Assembly: GCA_030037735.1 (NCBI GenBank)
Contig: JASHQC010000088.1
Coordinates: 1-51,617, forward strand
DNA length: 51,617 nt
From: Thermoplasmata archaeon
GTDB taxonomy: Archaea; Thermoplasmatota; Thermoplasmata; Lutacidiplasmatales; UBA184
Direction of reading: 5' to 3'
In this document: piece after piece, positions 29,457 through 38,341 of the stretch
How the letters are laid out: the number at the start of each line of letters is the position of its first letter
Numbering within the stretch: the first letter of the stretch is position 1
Program-made: the position numbers and the translations under genes
The notes under the pieces: model-generated
What the model saw: the letters and a program-made list of their open reading frames with translations, nothing else
Databases searched by the model: none
What the model was told of the DNA's origin: nothing

Positions 29457-30839
29457 ATGGCCCCCCTGTCGCTCTGCATCAACACGCAGACCCCGCTCAT
29501 TCAGTTCCTTGCCCCTTCGGAGGCCACTCTTAGGGAATCGACCCGGGGCGGACTTAACGGTCTCGACGGGCTCCGGGAGGACGTGGATTACCGGTTCTCT
29601 CCCGGTGGGGTCACTCGGATGGTCTACCCGCTGGTGCGGCGACTGCTGGAAACGAGGGTGCTGGAAGAGGCTCACTGGGTGGCGTTCAACCCTCGCGGGC
29701 CGCGCACTTTCCGACTGGACGGGCTGACCCTCCACAGCGTCTCGATCGGGAGCGGGCGGATGGAAGGCTACGGGAAGGTGAAGGAGGCCATCTGGGGCCG
29801 GATCCACGAGATTGACGCGGCCGAGCCCCATGACGACCTGTTCTGGACCGAGGCGTTCTCCGAGTACGCCTACTACAACCGGATCTCGGCGGAGAGGATT
29901 CGGCAGCTGGACGAGGAGCACGACTTCGACGTGTTCTATGTGCACGACTTCCAGCAGATGCCGGTGGGCCACATGCTCGGCACGCTCAAGCCGAAGATTT
30001 TCCGGTGGCACATCCCGTTCGATGCGTCGGTCATACCGGAGCACTGGCGGGCGACGTTGACCAATTACCTCAACAGCTACGACGTGCTCGTGGTGAGCGC
30101 CCACAAGTACGCCGCGTCCCTGACCGCCTTCGAACCGAAGGGGAGGATCCTACGACTGTACCCCTACGTCGACCCCGAGGACTACACACGGCCGAGTCCT
30201 GCGACGGTGGCGGCGATTTCCAAGCGATTCGGCCTCGCGCCCGGGGACGATGTGGCGCTCGTGGTCGGCCGCATGGACCCCATCAAGGGGCAAGACCGAG
30301 CGATCGAGGCCCTCGCGATGCTGGCGCCGGAGTTCCCGTCGCTCAAGCTCGTCCTCGTAGGGAACGGAAGCTTCTCGGGGTCGAAGAGCGGCCTGGGGCT
30401 TTCGAAGTCCGAGGCCTGGCGAGCGCATCTCGAGGAGACGGTCAAGACCGCGGGGCTCGGGGGCCGCGTTATCTTCACCGGCCATCTGATTCAAGAGGAG
30501 CTCGATTGCATGTATGAGCGGTGCCGGTTCACCATCCTGCCCTCGGTTCGAGAGGGGTTTGGGCTCGTCGCCGTGGAAAGCTGGCTCCACGGCAAGCCGA
30601 CCATCGTCACCCAACGGTCGGGGATCGCCGAACTGGTCGAGGATGGAACGAACGGCCTCTTGTTCGACCCCGACGACCCCGGGACCCTCGCGGAGCAGAT
30701 GCGACGTCTATTGTCTTCCCAGTCGGAGCCGCTGCGCGCCCGGCTGGCCCGCAACGGACGCATCACATCCAAGAAGTGCTTCCTCGACGCCGCAGAGAAG
30801 GCGGAGCGACAGCTCCTCGCCGAGGTCACGGAGGCGTAG
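29457..30839 (+). CDS. GT-B glycosyltransferase, trehalose synthase (TreT/OtsA)-related
   Basis: PGGVT, VHDFQQ, WHIPF, GRMDPIKG, SVREGFGLVAVES; GGAGG before ATG 29457. Confidence 0.8.
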   Translation: MAPLSLCINTQTPLIQFLAPSEATLRESTRGGLNGLDGLREDVDYRFSPGGVTRMVYPLVRRLLETRVLEEAHWVAFNPRGPRTFRLDGLTLHSVSIGSGRMEGYGKVKEAIWGRIHEIDAAEPHDDLFWTEAFSEYAYYNRISAERIRQLDEEHDFDVFYVHDFQQMPVGHMLGTLKPKIFRWHIPFDASVIPEHWRATLTNYLNSYDVLVVSAHKYAASLTAFEPKGRILRLYPYVDPEDYTRPSPATVAAISKRFGLAPGDDVALVVGRMDPIKGQDRAIEALAMLAPEFPSLKLVLVGNGSFSGSKSGLGLSKSEAWRAHLEETVKTAGLGGRVIFTGHLIQEELDCMYERCRFTILPSVREGFGLVAVESWLHGKPTIVTQRSGIAELVEDGTNGLLFDPDDPGTLAEQMRRLLSSQSEPLRARLARNGRITSKKCFLDAAEKAERQLLAEVTEA

Positions 30840-31598
30840 ATGGTCAGCTGGAGCATGCTGTGGGGCCTGTTCGTCCCGTACATCTCCGCCCTGGTGATCG
30901 TCCTCGTCACGGTCGTCCTCGCCTGGCTCGTCAACCTGATCATCCCACGGCTCGTCCGCCAAAGCTCGCCGCAGATGGGCGGCGCCGCGCGTCGATTGGG
31001 GGTGACCGTCGTCGCGCTGATCGGGGGAACCCTGGCCCTCCAGGCGCTCGGCGTGAGCCCGGGGATACTGCTGCTGGTGATCGCTCTCCTGGGGGTCTCG
31101 ATCCTCGTGGCGCTTTGGGCCCCCCTCAGCAACTACGGGTCGAAGTACTTCTCCGACATCTACACGCCGTTCCGGGTGGGCGACACGATCAAGGTGCAAG
31201 GGTACTCTGGGAAGGTCCTCGAGATCAACGCCATGTCGACGATCCTGCTCACGGACGACGAACAGCTGGTCTCGGTCCCCAACATGACCATGATCCGGGA
31301 CGTGGTCGTGAACACGTCTCCGCAGGCCTGGAAGGAGGTCGTCATTCCGGTCTCGCTGAGCGGCACCATCGACCTCGCGTCCTTCGAGAGCGAGCTCCGC
31401 AAGTCCCTCGCCAAGCTAAGGACACGGCTCGACCGTCGGTTTCCCCCGGTGCTTACCACCAAGTCGCGGACCCCCCAATCGACGGAGCTCATCCTCATCG
31501 TGATGTTGCGCGTGCCGGAGGATCGCGATACCATTACGCTCGAAGTGAACAAACGCCTCTCCGAGGTGATCGAGCAGGTGCGGGGAGTCAAGCGCTGA
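30840..31598 (+). CDS. mscS: Small-conductance mechanosensitive channel (MscS family)
   Basis: Three TM helices followed by PFRVGDTI...GKVLEI...T.L.T.D...V.VPN; ATG directly abuts the upstream stop codon. Confidence 0.88.
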   Translation: MVSWSMLWGLFVPYISALVIVLVTVVLAWLVNLIIPRLVRQSSPQMGGAARRLGVTVVALIGGTLALQALGVSPGILLLVIALLGVSILVALWAPLSNYGSKYFSDIYTPFRVGDTIKVQGYSGKVLEINAMSTILLTDDEQLVSVPNMTMIRDVVVNTSPQAWKEVVIPVSLSGTIDLASFESELRKSLAKLRTRLDRRFPPVLTTKSRTPQSTELILIVMLRVPEDRDTITLEVNKRLSEVIEQVRGVKR

Positions 31599-31617
31599 CC
31601 GCCGGGGCCCGCGACCG

Positions 31618-33507
31618 ATGACGGGGGAGGGGGCTGTTTCTCCGACGGGCGAAGGCCGTACCCTCGGAACCACCTCGTCCGTGGCCCCCATCGACGCGTC
31701 GGAGCCGGGCGAGCCGTGGTTACCGCTGACCGACTACGGACTGATTGGCAACGAGAAGACCGGAGCGTTGGTCTCCCGACACGGCTCCATCGACTGGGCT
31801 TGCTTCCCGCGCTTCGACAGCCCCAGCGTCTTCGGCCGGTTGCTCGATCGCCAGCGAGGCGGGTCGCACCGGTTGGCGCCCACCGAGCACTACACCGCGC
31901 ACCACCAGTACGTTACCGGCACCAACATTCTGACGACGTTCTTCGAGATTCGACCGGGCGTCGCCCTCACGCTGACCGACTTCATGCCGATGGGGCCTCC
32001 GGGCACTTCCGTCGGAGGAGACCCCCGCATCGTGCGACAGTTGAGGGCCCGCGGGGCACCCGTGGCGGTCTCCATAGGGGCCGATCCGCGGTTCGACTAC
32101 GGCCGCGCGACGTCCACATGGATGATTGAGAAGGAACTCGCCGTCGCGAAGAGTGCTGCGGGACAGATGTCGTTCACCAGCCCCTGGCCCTGGCGGACGG
32201 AGGGGCCCGCCGCGATTTCCACCGGGGTCGTTGTGCCCAACGTCGTCGTGTTCGCCCAAGTGCGATTTGGGGACCCCCCGTCAGTGGACCCCTCCCCGGC
32301 ATCCCTCCTGGCGGTCACCGATGCCTACTGGAGGGGGTGGGTCTCCCCGCCGGACGCCCCACTCCGTCGAGTGGCCGCGCGCTGGCAGCCGTGGGTGGAA
32401 CGGTCGGAGCTGGTCCTCAAGCTGCTCTCCTACGCCGACGTGGGGGCTTTCGTCGCCGCCCCCACCACGTCGCTTCCGGAGTGGCCGAGTGGTGCTCGGA
32501 ACTGGGACTATCGCTACGTCTGGATTCGAGATGCGGCGTTCACCGCCCAGGTCTTCCTTCTGCTAGGCCACATCAGCGAGGCGCGGGCCTACTTGGGATG
32601 GGCGTTCGACCGCGCCTCGTCGCTCCAAGGGGACGAGGAACTCCGTCCCGTGTACACCGTGGACGGCGGAGTACCGCCGGCTGAGATCGAGCTGAGACAC
32701 CTCGAGGGCTATCGGGGATCGCGGCCGGTCCGCGTCGGCAACGGCGCCTCCGACCAGCGCCAGCTGGATATTTACGGGGAGATTCTCGACTCGGCCCTGA
32801 TTCTTGAGCGGCTGGACCCGGCGTTCGTCCGGGACCACTGGTCGACCATCGAACGGCTCGCCCAGCGTGTCACGGCGCGCTGGGCAGTGCCCGACAGCGG
32901 CATATGGGAGGACCGGGGCGATCCCGCTCACCACGTCTATTCCAAGCTGATGTGCTGGGTCGCCCTCGACCGAGCCATCCAACTGGCCCAGAAGTTCGGC
33001 AAGCGAGAACCGGTCGACCGGTGGACCCGGGTCGCGGAGGAGATCCGGGCCGCCATCCTCTCGCGCGGATACGACGACCAGCTAGGTACCTTCGTTCAGG
33101 CCTTCGACCGGCCTGTTCTGGACGCCAGTGCCTTGCGCATCGGTCTTTCAGGGTTCCTCCCTCCCACCGACCCGCGGGTGGTCAGCACGATTGCGGCCAT
33201 CGAGCGCACCCTCGGCCCGGGACCGTTCCTTCAGCGGTATGAGGGACACGACGGGATTGGGGGACCGGAAGGGTCGTTCCTTCTCTGCGCCTTTTGGCTC
33301 GTCGAAGCGCTGGCGCGAAGCGGACAGATGGATCGCGCGTTGCAGCATTGGCGCGCCCTGCTCGACATCGCAGGCCCGCTCCTGCTCTTCTCGGAAGAAT
33401 TCGACCCGGCCTCGAACCAGCCGCTCGGCAATTACCCGCAGGCATTCACTCATATCGGGCTGTTGCGAGCGGCCTTCGCATTGGGGCTCTTGGCGCCCGA
33501 CGAGTGA
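31618..33507 (+). CDS. Glycoside hydrolase family 15 (trehalase/glucoamylase-like)
   Basis: DYGLIGN, IDWACFPRFDSPS, AAPTTSLPE, RNWDYRYVWIRD, SGIWE, FSEE, GNYPQAFTH. Confidence 0.93.
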   Translation: MTGEGAVSPTGEGRTLGTTSSVAPIDASEPGEPWLPLTDYGLIGNEKTGALVSRHGSIDWACFPRFDSPSVFGRLLDRQRGGSHRLAPTEHYTAHHQYVTGTNILTTFFEIRPGVALTLTDFMPMGPPGTSVGGDPRIVRQLRARGAPVAVSIGADPRFDYGRATSTWMIEKELAVAKSAAGQMSFTSPWPWRTEGPAAISTGVVVPNVVVFAQVRFGDPPSVDPSPASLLAVTDAYWRGWVSPPDAPLRRVAARWQPWVERSELVLKLLSYADVGAFVAAPTTSLPEWPSGARNWDYRYVWIRDAAFTAQVFLLLGHISEARAYLGWAFDRASSLQGDEELRPVYTVDGGVPPAEIELRHLEGYRGSRPVRVGNGASDQRQLDIYGEILDSALILERLDPAFVRDHWSTIERLAQRVTARWAVPDSGIWEDRGDPAHHVYSKLMCWVALDRAIQLAQKFGKREPVDRWTRVAEEIRAAILSRGYDDQLGTFVQAFDRPVLDASALRIGLSGFLPPTDPRVVSTIAAIERTLGPGPFLQRYEGHDGIGGPEGSFLLCAFWLVEALARSGQMDRALQHWRALLDIAGPLLLFSEEFDPASNQPLGNYPQAFTHIGLLRAAFALGLLAPDE

Positions 33508-33633
33508 GGCCGCCTCCGTACCGGGCCCCACCGAGTCCGAGCGAGCCGCAGAATTCCCCCCCAGCGTGCGGGGCGGTTCCCAAGCAGGGGGAACCGCCCC
33601 TCGATGCCCAGTTGGCCCCGGATACCGATCGAA

Positions 33634-35292
33634 TTATTCGGGAGGAATCTCCTTGAAGGCCATGTCCAGCGGCCGACCCTGGGCGCGCCGCCAGTACTTG
33701 GCGATGAAGTAGATCGCTGCGAAGATGATGATGAAGCCGGCCACGGCCTCGATGGCGAGCGGAGTGTTCGCCGCGTACACCGAGTTGGTCAGTTCGAGGT
33801 AGATCACCAGGACCGAGAACACGATCGTGCCGATCCCGGTAAGGGCGATGATGGGGATGCCCCCGATCCGGTAATTGGCCGGGCTCGCGTCGTGGATCTT
33901 CTTGAGCCGGTACGGAAAGATCACGGCGGCGATCCCCACGAGGAGCAGCGGGGTGAGACAGGCGTACCACGTGAGCACCGTCGAGAACAGGTAGATCTTG
34001 GCCGCCGTGTACGGGATGTTGAGCAGCAGCAGCGAGAGCTCGCTCAGGATCACGAGCACGATGATGGCGTTGACCGGCGTATGGAGCCGGGGACTCACGT
34101 CCGAGAGCCGCCGCGGCAGCACGCCGTCAAAGCTCCAGGCGAGCATGCTGCGGGAGCCCATGTAATAGAACCCCGGGATGTAGATGCACATCTGCAGCAC
34201 GCCCATCATCGCCACGAAGCCGATGATGACCGAGTTGTTCGTCAACATGAGCGACAGGAAGTTGGCATACGGCAGCACCGGGAAGTAGGGGATGCCGGAT
34301 GCGGGCGTGGGCTGCAGAATCAGGAAGTCCGTCGCCGAGACGAACGGCTCGCCGACCGTGTGGTACAGGGCGACGAAGAACAGCGCCGTGAGCGCCATGG
34401 CGAAGAACATCGCGCCGAACATCCCGTACAGGGAGTTCCGAGCCGGCCGGCGGATTTCGCCGCCCAGATAGGTCGACGAGATGAAGTTGAATCCGTAGAG
34501 GGAGAGCACGGGGAAGATCAGGAGGGTGTCGAAGCCCGACGTCTGGCTCGGGTTCGTCCATCCTAACCCTCGGGCATCCGCGAAGACCGTCTGGTAGTAG
34601 TTAGCCCCGTACCCCTGCGACGCGGAGAACCGGTTGAAGTCGGCGACGAAGGTGGCATGGGTGGCGGAGAACAAGAGGCCGATCATCGTCAGGACCGCGA
34701 TGAAAACTAGGACGTAGACGACGTTCTGGATCCGGAAGTAGAATCGCTTCCCGGCGATCGCAGGGAGCGCGAGCAAGACGATCTCGAGGGTGCCCAGAAT
34801 GATGACCCCGGTCGTCTTGGTGAGGTCGGCGGAGAGGGTAACGAGGCCGCTGCTGTGGGTAAGCACGCCAATCAGAAGGAACCCGATGGAGAGACCCGTG
34901 GTCTGAATGGTGACACCCGTGATGCCGTTGTAGATCAGCAGCGTCAGAATGTAGCTGGCGTTCCCGATGAATCCGAGCGAGGGCAACAGGGTCCGAGAGA
35001 CGAAGATATAGTCCCCGCCACTGCGGGGCATCGCCACGTGGAAGGCGTAGTACGTGTAGATCAGCATGGTCGAGAGCACGGCGGTGAACCCGAACGCTTC
35101 GAAGACGTTCCCGCCGATGAGCGGTATCAGCGAGACGACGAAGTAGAGCTCGAACAGGAACCCCAGGATCGCGAAGTTGAACAGCGCGACATCCCACGTG
35201 GACAGCTCGCGGACGAGCCCAGTCGCCTCACGTTCGAACGCTCGGACAGGGACGCCCGTTGCCGTCGCGGCGGGATCGGCCGTCGGTATCAC
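33634..35292 (-). CDS. APC-family amino acid/polyamine permease
   Basis: FEREATGLVRE, MPRSGGDY, about 12 TM segments, RSMLAWSFDGVLP...TP. Confidence 0.9.
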   Translation of the reverse strand: MIPTADPAATATGVPVRAFEREATGLVRELSTWDVALFNFAILGFLFELYFVVSLIPLIGGNVFEAFGFTAVLSTMLIYTYYAFHVAMPRSGGDYIFVSRTLLPSLGFIGNASYILTLLIYNGITGVTIQTTGLSIGFLLIGVLTHSSGLVTLSADLTKTTGVIILGTLEIVLLALPAIAGKRFYFRIQNVVYVLVFIAVLTMIGLLFSATHATFVADFNRFSASQGYGANYYQTVFADARGLGWTNPSQTSGFDTLLIFPVLSLYGFNFISSTYLGGEIRRPARNSLYGMFGAMFFAMALTALFFVALYHTVGEPFVSATDFLILQPTPASGIPYFPVLPYANFLSLMLTNNSVIIGFVAMMGVLQMCIYIPGFYYMGSRSMLAWSFDGVLPRRLSDVSPRLHTPVNAIIVLVILSELSLLLLNIPYTAAKIYLFSTVLTWYACLTPLLLVGIAAVIFPYRLKKIHDASPANYRIGGIPIIALTGIGTIVFSVLVIYLELTNSVYAANTPLAIEAVAGFIIIFAAIYFIAKYWRRAQGRPLDMAFKEIPPE

Positions 35293-35322
35293 CTAAGACG
35301 GGAACGTCCCAAGGACTTCCGT

Positions 35323-35332
35323 GATTTAAATC
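35323..35332. promoter_or_regulatory. Palindromic TATA-like box GATTTAAATC
   Basis: AT-rich palindrome about 31 nt upstream of the permease GTG, in a divergent intergenic region. Confidence 0.5.
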
Positions 35333-35475
35333 TGTGCGAAGCCGTAGCACCCTCTATTCGACAACTGTCGCACGAAGGTCCGGATTCCAGAACCGCTGGC
35401 CCTCTTTCCGCCCTCGGTGAGAGCCTGCGGACCTCACCTCAGTCTAATACGGGGGGCCTGCTTCATAGTGCCCAG

Positions 35476-36441
35476 ATGGCCACACGGTCGATCTTCTTCG
35501 TCGCCGACCTCCACGGGTCCGAACCGGTCCTCAACAAAGTGATCAACTCGGCCAAGTTCTATGGCGTCGATACCATCGTCATCGGCGGCGACATCACCGG
35601 CAAGCTCCTGATCCCGATCGTCGACATTGGCGGGGGACGGTACTCGCTCGAGCTCTACGGAGTGCCGAAGACGATCGAGGCGAAAGAACTCGAGGAGACC
35701 AAGAAGAAGATCCGCGGAACGGGATCGTACTGGACCCTGGTCAGCCGGTCCGAGTACGATGCCATGGCCACGAACAAGGCCGAAGTGAAGCGACACTTTC
35801 TCGAGAAGATGCTCGAGCACTTGCAATCGGTCTACGCGAAGGCCGAGGACCGGCTCAAGCCCAACGGCGTCAAGCTCTACATCATTCCCGGGAACGACGA
35901 CTATGTGGAGGTCGCGGAGTACCTCAAGTCTCGGTCGAGCGACGTGGTGGTCAACTTCGAGCAGCAGATCGTGGAGCTCGGAGAGTATCAGTTGGTGGGC
36001 TACGGCAAGTCCAATCCGACCCCGTGGCACACCCCTCGAGAGACGTCCGACGCCATCCTCGGGCAAGAGCTCCGGCAGCTGACGGCCAAGGCGGATCCGT
36101 CCCGGACCTTGCTCATTGCCCACGCCCCGCCGGTGGACACCACCATCGACAAGGCCCCGAAGCTGACCGCCGACATGAAGCCGGTCGTCGGGGGGGGTCA
36201 CATGGAAATGGTCTCCGTCGGAAGCGCGGAGGTACGTCGTGTGATCGAGGAGTTCGAGCCGGTCGCCGCGTTCCACGGCCACATCCACGAGTCTCCGGGC
36301 GTCGACACGGTAATCGGCCAGCACGGCAAGAAGGTGCCGGTGATGAATCCGGGAAGCCAATACAGCTCGGGCGTCCTGCAGGGAATCCTCGTTCAGCTGG
36401 CCAATGGCAAGGTCAAGGGCTACAATTTTACGACAGGCTGA
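35476..36441 (+). CDS. Metallophosphoesterase (calcineurin-like, Icc-related)
   Basis: DLHG, GGDITG, PGNDD, HAPP, HGHIHE; start ATG 35476. Confidence 0.9.
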   Translation: MATRSIFFVADLHGSEPVLNKVINSAKFYGVDTIVIGGDITGKLLIPIVDIGGGRYSLELYGVPKTIEAKELEETKKKIRGTGSYWTLVSRSEYDAMATNKAEVKRHFLEKMLEHLQSVYAKAEDRLKPNGVKLYIIPGNDDYVEVAEYLKSRSSDVVVNFEQQIVELGEYQLVGYGKSNPTPWHTPRETSDAILGQELRQLTAKADPSRTLLIAHAPPVDTTIDKAPKLTADMKPVVGGGHMEMVSVGSAEVRRVIEEFEPVAAFHGHIHESPGVDTVIGQHGKKVPVMNPGSQYSSGVLQGILVQLANGKVKGYNFTTG

Positions 36442-36932
36442 TCCGTCGCCGGTGCCGGGGCTGTGGCCGGGGCTGGGGCCGGGACTGGTACCGGGGCGGG
36501 GGCCGGGGCCGCGAGTCGGGCCGTGAGCTTGGACTCGAAGTCGGCCGGATATTCCTTCATCGACTTGGCGACCAGGTTGTTGATGATGTACTTGAGGGCG
36601 CCCTGCCCCTCGTAACTCAGGTTGAGCGCTACCTCGGTATGGGCGTCGTCCTTGGCCCGCAGCTGCATCGATCCTTCGATGCGTACCTCCTTGGCCACAG
36701 CCACGAACGCTACCTTCTCCGGCGGCGTCGGTGCATGTTCCACGTCGAAGGTCAGCTCCCGGTGGATCAACCCCTGCTTGACGGCCACCTTCCAGACCGC
36801 CTTCGTCGGGGACAGGTTCTGCATCGAGATCACCCCCGGGATCGTTGCGGCGAGGAAGTCCGGGTCGGTCAGCACTTGGAACACCTGAGGAACCGTTCCG
36901 GGCGCGTTCAGGGTCGAGGACACGGTCGGCAT
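36420..36932 (-). CDS. SRPBCC/CoxG-like protein with Pro-Ala tail
   Basis: VFQVLTDPDFLAATIPG signature; start ATG 36932; 22-nt convergent overlap with the phosphoesterase. Confidence 0.8.
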   Translation of the reverse strand: MPTVSSTLNAPGTVPQVFQVLTDPDFLAATIPGVISMQNLSPTKAVWKVAVKQGLIHRELTFDVEHAPTPPEKVAFVAVAKEVRIEGSMQLRAKDDAHTEVALNLSYEGQGALKYIINNLVAKSMKEYPADFESKLTARLAAPAPAPVPVPAPAPATAPAPATDQPVVKL

Positions 36933-37070
36933 GGGCGTACGGGCTCCGAGGGCGCAGCCAGTCCTAACCGGGTAATAACGCCGAGCGCCACCAGCATTCC
37001 ACCGATCGGGTGAGTCCCTCTTCCGAAGCCCATTTACGCGGAGGGGATTCCCCACGCGGTCCAGGCCTCG

Positions 37071-38282
37071 ATGACACCAAGCAGGGCCCCACGGTCCGTG
37101 GGCAAGATCGACGACCCCCGCGTGAGCGAACGGGTCCAAGCTTTCCCGGAGTCCGTGATCCGCGAAATGACCCGGATCGCCGCCCTGCACCCGGGAACGG
37201 TCAATCTGGCTCAGGGGTTCCCGGACTTTGACCCGCCCCCCGAGCTGATCGAGGCCGTGAAGAGAGCGGTTCACCAAGGCGGGAGTCAGTACTCGATTAC
37301 GTGGGGCGACCCGACCCTCCGGGCGGCAATCTCCCGTAAGGCGAAGGAATTCAACGGGATCGAGTCGGACCCGGAGAAAAACCTCGTCGTGACCTGCGGA
37401 GCGACGGAGGCAATGATGGCGAGCATGCTCTCGCTCATCAACCCGGGCGACGAGGCGATCATCTTCGAGCCGTTCTACGAGAACTACGGGCCCGATGCCC
37501 GCGTGAGCGGGGCCCGGCCGCGTCACGTCCGGCTCGAGTGGCCGGACTGGCGCTTCGACCCCGAGACGGTCAAGGGCGCTTTCAATCCAAAGACCAAGGT
37601 CCTAATCCTCAACACGCCCAACAATCCTACCGGGAAGGTATTCACCCGAGACGAGCTGAAGCTGCTCGCCGACCTCTGCACGGACCACGACGTGGTGGCC
37701 ATCACGGACGAGATCTACGAGCACATGGTCTACGACGGCGGCCGGCACGTCTCCCTCGCGACCGTCGGAAGCATGGCCGAACGGACGGTCACCATCAACG
37801 GTCTTTCCAAGACCTACGCCGCGACCGGCTGGCGCGTGGGATGGGCAATCGCCCCGCCGACGCTCGCGGCGGCGATTCGAAGAGCCCACGACTTCCTCAC
37901 CGTCTGCGCGCCGACCGCGTTCCAACTGGCGGGAGTGGTCGCGCTCGCTTTGCCCCCCGCGTACTACGACGAGCTGCAGCGCACGTATCAGGCGAAGCGG
38001 GACAGGCTCGTGAAGGCGCTGCAGGCCGCGGGGATCGATTGTCGTCCGCCGGGAGGCACCTACTACGTGATGACCGACTTCTCCGCTTTCCCATTCAAGG
38101 ACGATTGGGAGTTCGCCATGCACCTGATCGACCGCTGCGGCATTGCTACGGTTCCCGGCAGCAGCTTCTACTCGGACCCCCGATCGGGCCGCCGGAAGGT
38201 CCGGTTCGTCTTTTGCAAGAGGGAGAGCACCCTCGACGAGACGGCCCGTCGGCTGGAGAAGCTCCGGTCGCCCGCGACCTGA
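37071..38282 (+). CDS. PLP-dependent aminotransferase class I/II
   Basis: NLAQGFPD, GATEA, NTPNNPTG, DEIYE, SKTYAATGWRVG. Confidence 0.93.
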   Translation: MTPSRAPRSVGKIDDPRVSERVQAFPESVIREMTRIAALHPGTVNLAQGFPDFDPPPELIEAVKRAVHQGGSQYSITWGDPTLRAAISRKAKEFNGIESDPEKNLVVTCGATEAMMASMLSLINPGDEAIIFEPFYENYGPDARVSGARPRHVRLEWPDWRFDPETVKGAFNPKTKVLILNTPNNPTGKVFTRDELKLLADLCTDHDVVAITDEIYEHMVYDGGRHVSLATVGSMAERTVTINGLSKTYAATGWRVGWAIAPPTLAAAIRRAHDFLTVCAPTAFQLAGVVALALPPAYYDELQRTYQAKRDRLVKALQAAGIDCRPPGGTYYVMTDFSAFPFKDDWEFAMHLIDRCGIATVPGSSFYSDPRSGRRKVRFVFCKRESTLDETARRLEKLRSPAT

Positions 38283-38341
38283 GCCAACACGCCGCCCCTG
38301 ACCGTCCCCCGGCCCTCCGCATAAATAGCACCCGCGCCGTT

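Noticed and set aside
34855-35475. N-terminal extension of the metallophosphoesterase ORF
   Set aside because: Antisense to the permease; the first catalytic motif follows ATG 35476.
36445-36512. Short GCCGGGG tandem repeats
   Set aside because: They encode the Pro-Ala tail of the SRPBCC protein.
36933-37526. Long N-terminal part of ORF 36420..37526
   Set aside because: Antisense shadow of the aminotransferase; the SRPBCC domain starts at 36932.
37538-38341. 268-codon N-terminal extension of the surface-protein ORF overlapping the aminotransferase (possible frameshift fusion)
   Set aside because: Arg/Gly-rich off-frame translation typical of high-GC DNA; the downstream gene has its own TATA-like box and signal peptide.
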